From: a virus
Direction: 5' to 3' (one strand)
IMG/VR virus record: IMGVR_UViG_3300045988_073455
Length of the DNA stretch: 64,000 nucleotides
Shown here: piece after piece, positions 60,502-64,000 of the stretch
Layout of the letters: each line of letters opens with the position of its first letter
Numbering within the stretch: position 1 is the first letter of the stretch
The notes under the pieces: model-generated
Database searches by the model: none
The model's input: only the letters and a program-made list of their open reading frames with translations
What the model was told of the DNA's origin: nothing
Translations under genes and position numbers: made by a program

Positions 60502-61023
60502 ATGTTTCAAGGACTAAGACAGTCTTCTCTCTTCTACATTTTAGACAAGGGAGGAGAAAAGCCGACTCTAAAAATCGGTCAAGTAATATCGGTCAGCAAT
60601 CCTCAGCAGAAATATCCTAGCTATATGCCAGGACAGACTCCGACATTGGAGACGACCGTTGATGTTAAGGTGCAAGTAGAAGACCAGCAGGTCAATTTCG
60701 AAAAGCTGCCATCTACGGCACAGATAGTGAACTTCGGCAATGAAGGTGTTGTTGTCAGTGACAGCAGAGAAGCTATGTGCGCCGAGATTGATGCTATGTT
60801 GCGACATTCAAAGGGAGTCGTGGAAAGTGTAGATTACCACAATGGAGTCATAAGCTCCTGCGAGGAAATGCTCACTAGAATCAACCCACAGATTGCTAAA
60901 GAAAAGCAGCAGGAAAAAGACATCAGTAACCTCAAATCAGAGGTCAGCGGCATGAAGGGAACGCTATCCAATATTGAATCCATGCTGTCTAAGGCTTTGA
61001 GCGGTAACAATTTTAAAAAGTAA
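60502..61023 (+). CDS. hypothetical protein
   Basis: 173 aa with a C-terminal coiled coil. Confidence 0.55.
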   Translation: MFQGLRQSSLFYILDKGGEKPTLKIGQVISVSNPQQKYPSYMPGQTPTLETTVDVKVQVEDQQVNFEKLPSTAQIVNFGNEGVVVSDSREAMCAEIDAMLRHSKGVVESVDYHNGVISSCEEMLTRINPQIAKEKQQEKDISNLKSEVSGMKGTLSNIESMLSKALSGNNFKK

Positions 61024-61028
61024 TTGCT

Positions 61029-61268
61029 ATGGGATATATGGTAGAAATTACGGAAAACAAGTTCGATGAGCTTGTTGACAACTGCGAGGAAATGGTTCGA
61101 GCAGGTGGCAAGGTTATGAAGTGCTTGGATAGTTTGAAGCGCGAGCGTATGGGAAACCGTATGCCAATGCCAGACTATCGTGACAAGTGGGACGATGAAG
61201 ATTGGCGCGACGAAGACCGCTATGGAGAGCGACGCTATTATGGTCGCCGTAGCGGTGGACGTTACTAA
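61029..61268 (+). CDS. hypothetical protein with R/D/W/Y-rich tail
   Basis: 79 aa, ending ...DYRDKWDDEDWRDEDRYGERRYYGRRSGGRY. Confidence 0.5.
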   Translation: MGYMVEITENKFDELVDNCEEMVRAGGKVMKCLDSLKRERMGNRMPMPDYRDKWDDEDWRDEDRYGERRYYGRRSGGRY

Positions 61269-61320
61269 TGTTTAATTCGGTGGTGGGGATTTTTCCCTGC
61301 CACCCTTAAAAGAAAGAGCT

Positions 61321-61749
61321 ATGGGAAAATGTAGAATGCCTTTGGATGCTTACGATATGAAGCCAGAAGGAATGATAGCATATCTGAGATATAATGGCTG
61401 GCACTTCAACAAGAAGGCTTGCGAATGGGCAGTCGCTCAGATGAGAAAATACAACCCAGTCACCAAAAAGGATGAGGAGGTTGACTATATGGATAAGGAT
61501 AAGGTTGAATCCATCCTTACCAAGCAGGGAGTGACACTTGAAAATAATGTAGGCTATGATCATGTCTATGTGGCAAACATGGTTAAGGCTGATTTCTATA
61601 AGTCTTCCATCGAGGACGAAGCTCACATGGCTTTGTTCGTGAAAGATATGGTTGATGATACCGATCAGAAGGATGGCTTCATCTTTAACAGATTTTATGC
61701 CGATTGCAACCATAATGGCATCGGCATTCCATGGGATGATATTTTATGA
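61321..61749 (+). CDS. hypothetical conserved phage protein
   Basis: 142 aa. Contains YLRYNGWHFNKKACEWAVAQM...YVANMVKADFYKSSIEDE. Confidence 0.55.
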   Translation: MGKCRMPLDAYDMKPEGMIAYLRYNGWHFNKKACEWAVAQMRKYNPVTKKDEEVDYMDKDKVESILTKQGVTLENNVGYDHVYVANMVKADFYKSSIEDEAHMALFVKDMVDDTDQKDGFIFNRFYADCNHNGIGIPWDDIL

Positions 61750-62126
61750 TAAGTCAAGAGATATATCTAGAAAAGTACGATTGGAAAGTTCTTGTGTTTT
61801 ACGGTTTGGAATCATCAGATACCGATGAGGTATGCAACTCCCTTGTGCAGATAGGCTGCACAGAAAAGGCAGTCGAAAGCGCAAGGGAGCATTGCTTACG
61901 AGGAATACCGAACACAGGTCTAACCTACTCCAATCTTGCAGGTAGGAAGAGCGTGGTTGCTATTAGCAGGACCACATCAGAATATGAGTTCGTGAATACT
62001 GCCACACACGAAATGTTTCATGTTGTCACTCATATCTGCGAATCACTAGGTATTGACTTGAAAGACGAAGAGCCTTGCTATATGATGGGATGGCTCTGCC
62101 AGGCAGTTAGTAGGATATTCATTTAA
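61746..62126 (+). CDS. small HExxH protein, paralog of 28695..29099
   Basis: 126 aa with THEMFHVVTHICESLGIDLKDEEPCYMMGWLCQA. Confidence 0.55.
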   Translation: MISQEIYLEKYDWKVLVFYGLESSDTDEVCNSLVQIGCTEKAVESAREHCLRGIPNTGLTYSNLAGRKSVVAISRTTSEYEFVNTATHEMFHVVTHICESLGIDLKDEEPCYMMGWLCQAVSRIFI

Positions 62127-62137
62127 AATTTAGAAAT

Positions 62138-62386
62138 ATGACGGACATTAAATTAATGGTGGATGCTGCAAGGCAGCTAAACCAAACTTGGAACGAATGC
62201 AGCAAGAATGCTGAAGAAGAAAGTACACCCGAAGTGTATAACGCTATGTGTGAGGTTGATGAAGCTGTTATCAACCTCGTTGAAAAAATCAGCCTTTGTT
62301 TAAAAGAAAAGGCAATTGTTGATATGTATGGAGTCTCAGAATTATCAAAAACGCATAAGTCAATTATAGAGAGAAACAAGGTTTAA
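62138..62386 (+). CDS. hypothetical protein
   Basis: 82-aa ORF. Confidence 0.45.
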   Translation: MTDIKLMVDAARQLNQTWNECSKNAEEESTPEVYNAMCEVDEAVINLVEKISLCLKEKAIVDMYGVSELSKTHKSIIERNKV

Positions 62387-62636
62387 AACCATGTAAAACA
62401 AATTTACCAAACTTCAATAGTGTTCTATAAACAACTGACAGCCAATTAGTTGCCGTTTTAGTTATAGTTAACACCATTGAAGTTTAGTTAAGTTAACCAA
62501 AAGTTAAATCTTTATTTTAAGCCTATCTAAGACCGCACATTTTCTTACTTATATATCTACATCAACCACAAAAAACAGCGCAATAAGCTAGAAATCAACT
62601 ATTTATATCATTTCTAGATTATTTTGTAATATCATT

Positions 62637-63809
62637 TTACTGAAAAATATAGTCTATAACCTTCCTATTTGCATCATCAATTTTTTGCTGATTGAAATTG
62701 ATGTAAACCAGTGTCACTTTTGCACCTGTAGAGAAAGAATGTCCTAGGGCATGGCTTATCACATCAACGGGTATATCGAGTTCGCTAGCAATTGTTGCCC
62801 AAGTATGACGAGCCCAGTAAGATGTTAGATTATCAAAACCTTCAATGCTTTGTAATATCTTTCCCCATGATGCAGTAAACGTATGGACGCTTGCGTATTG
62901 ATCGAGAATGCAGAGTAGATGCTTTCTCCCTCTATATTTGTCTATGATGGCTAACGCTTCGGGCTCAACTTTGATGCTATATAGCTTCTGTGTCTTTTGT
63001 CGTTTATAGTGTATATAGCCATCTTGCCCTATCTCAGTGAGGTTGCAAAGGTCAGCTACATTGATGCCTATAAGAAACAAGGATAGTTTGAACATATCGA
63101 CAGCCATGGTTTGCTTCTCGCTCCCATGGAAAGAAAATAATCGGTGCAATTCGTCAATAGTCAGAGAACGCTTAATTGTAGGCTCAGACTTGATCTTGAA
63201 TACCCGAAAAGGATAAGACATAGTTATCTCATTTGCCATGGCATCACGAAATACAGCTCTGATATTGCGAAAATGAATACTCCTTCCATTTACAGACGGA
63301 GAAGATTGAAGAAGAAACGCATCAAAACCACTAAGCCAATCCTTAGTAATATCCTCGAAAGTTTTCGTCTTAATCTTAGCATCATACTCAGCCATACGTT
63401 TTGCAGTTACAAGATAAATCTCCTTCGTCCTCTTAGCAGTGCGTGATTCTGCATAAGACAGGAAACGGCTGTAAAAGCCATTTGCGGTTACTACGGTTGG
63501 CTCCATGATTTCTACAACCTTGTTTTTAATTTGTGTAGCTGTCAATTTGGTTAACTCACCTTTCTTCAATAATTCGAGAACGATATTTGATACTGTGCTT
63601 TTTTGGGTATCAATATAGCTCTGCAGGTTTGCTTTGTCTGGTCTATTCTTGATGCGTTCCTTACTTGTGTCCCATTGAGTTGGTAATATCTTCACACCAA
63701 GATTGATGTACGCAGAAGAGCCCTGTTTGTTAATACCAATTTTAAGAGGGGCTTCATCACCTCTCTTAGAACTACGCTTATCTAAGTATATGTGAATTGT
63801 TACTGCCAT
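62637..63809 (-). CDS. int: tyrosine recombinase / phage integrase
   Basis: 390 aa. N-terminal SAM-like region, C-terminal ARHTWATIASELDIPVDVISHALGH...LVYI. Adjacent to a tRNA gene. Confidence 0.9.
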   Translation of the reverse strand: MAVTIHIYLDKRSSKRGDEAPLKIGINKQGSSAYINLGVKILPTQWDTSKERIKNRPDKANLQSYIDTQKSTVSNIVLELLKKGELTKLTATQIKNKVVEIMEPTVVTANGFYSRFLSYAESRTAKRTKEIYLVTAKRMAEYDAKIKTKTFEDITKDWLSGFDAFLLQSSPSVNGRSIHFRNIRAVFRDAMANEITMSYPFRVFKIKSEPTIKRSLTIDELHRLFSFHGSEKQTMAVDMFKLSLFLIGINVADLCNLTEIGQDGYIHYKRQKTQKLYSIKVEPEALAIIDKYRGRKHLLCILDQYASVHTFTASWGKILQSIEGFDNLTSYWARHTWATIASELDIPVDVISHALGHSFSTGAKVTLVYINFNQQKIDDANRKVIDYIFQ

Positions 63810-63827
63810 ATCTCTTCTTTTTAATGT

Positions 63828-63865
63828 TGCGGTTTATTTGCGGTTTTTGCGGTTAATCTGCGGTT
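63828..63865 (+). repeat. four direct TGCGGTT repeats (arm-type recombinase sites?)
   Basis: TGCGGTT at 63828, 63839, 63848 and 63859, spaced 11/9/11 nt, between int and the tRNA gene. Confidence 0.6.
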
Positions 63866-63947
63866 GATTTTACCCAACTTTACACAAAAGTATGAAAATG
63901 TATCAAAAAACACTTTTGGCAAATCCCCTTAAAATAAAGGAGTTTAG

Positions 63948-64000
63948 CGGAAAGAGGGGGATTCGAACCCCCGAACCGGTTTTGCCGGTTACACGCTTTC
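63948..64000 (-). tRNA. host tRNA-Ser (NGA), 3' portion (truncated by window end)
   Basis: The reverse complement reads ...GAAAGCGTG-TAACCGGCAAAACCGGTTC-GGGGGTTCGAATCCCCC-TCTTTCC-G. It has a long variable arm, a canonical T arm and a GGAAAGA-type acceptor. Confidence 0.7.

Noticed and set aside
1-64000. Stop-codon reassignment (TAG or TGA recoding as in some crAss-like or Lak phages)
   Set aside because: TAA, TAG and TGA all terminate well-delimited ORFs that abut the next start codon throughout the window. Only one suspicious in-frame TAG (2890) was seen. Neither readable phage tRNA has a suppressor anticodon, and the tRNA-like element at 38195 has no assignable anticodon.

Overview
The window holds most of a temperate siphovirus-type prophage. 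It is about 64 kb, almost entirely on the + strand and densely packed. The host is probably a Bacteroidota member, because the promoters show TTTG(-33)/TAnnTTTG(-7) boxes. The right end carries a tyrosine integrase, four TGCGGTT arm-type repeats and a host tRNA-Ser gene, which marks the att junction.

Gene order, left to right:
- Replication initiator and DnaC-like loader.
- About 40 small early genes, including YopX and ASCH-like proteins.
- ArdC-like anti-restriction protein.
- Portal and a large MuF protein with a C-terminal HExxH domain.
- More small genes, then DUF2958 and DUF488 proteins.
- Two unusual tRNA-Gly genes.
- A translationally coupled enzyme cassette: opine-dehydrogenase-like, Amidoligase_2 fusion, ParB-like and ATP-grasp.
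- TerS, a DUF4417-like fragment, two inserted genes and TerL.
- Small genes and RadC.
- Scaffold, major capsid, connector and tail genes, the tape measure and fibre genes.
- A complete diversity-generating retroelement (DGR) embedded in the fibre genes.
- A lysis cassette: holin, GH108 endolysin and a unimolecular spanin.
- A 3.4 kb cargo operon of unknown function.

The most notable signals:
1. The DGR. VR and TR are 120 bp each, with 9 mismatches, 8 of them at TR adenines. No Avd is recognisable.
2. A start-codon context, TAAGAGCAATGAA, reused at about 15 genes. Two promoter-plus-terminator mini-transcripts carry its exact reverse complement in a single-stranded or loop position. These are candidate phage sRNAs that could mask the translation start sites of many phage genes.
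3. The late-expressed enzyme cassette, which sits next to two non-canonical tRNA-Gly genes.
4. Two families of near-identical promoter cassettes. One includes a 140-bp direct repeat that brackets 9.6 kb.
5. A tRNA-like element with no assignable anticodon, inside the tail module.

All functional calls come from motifs read by eye. No database search was run.
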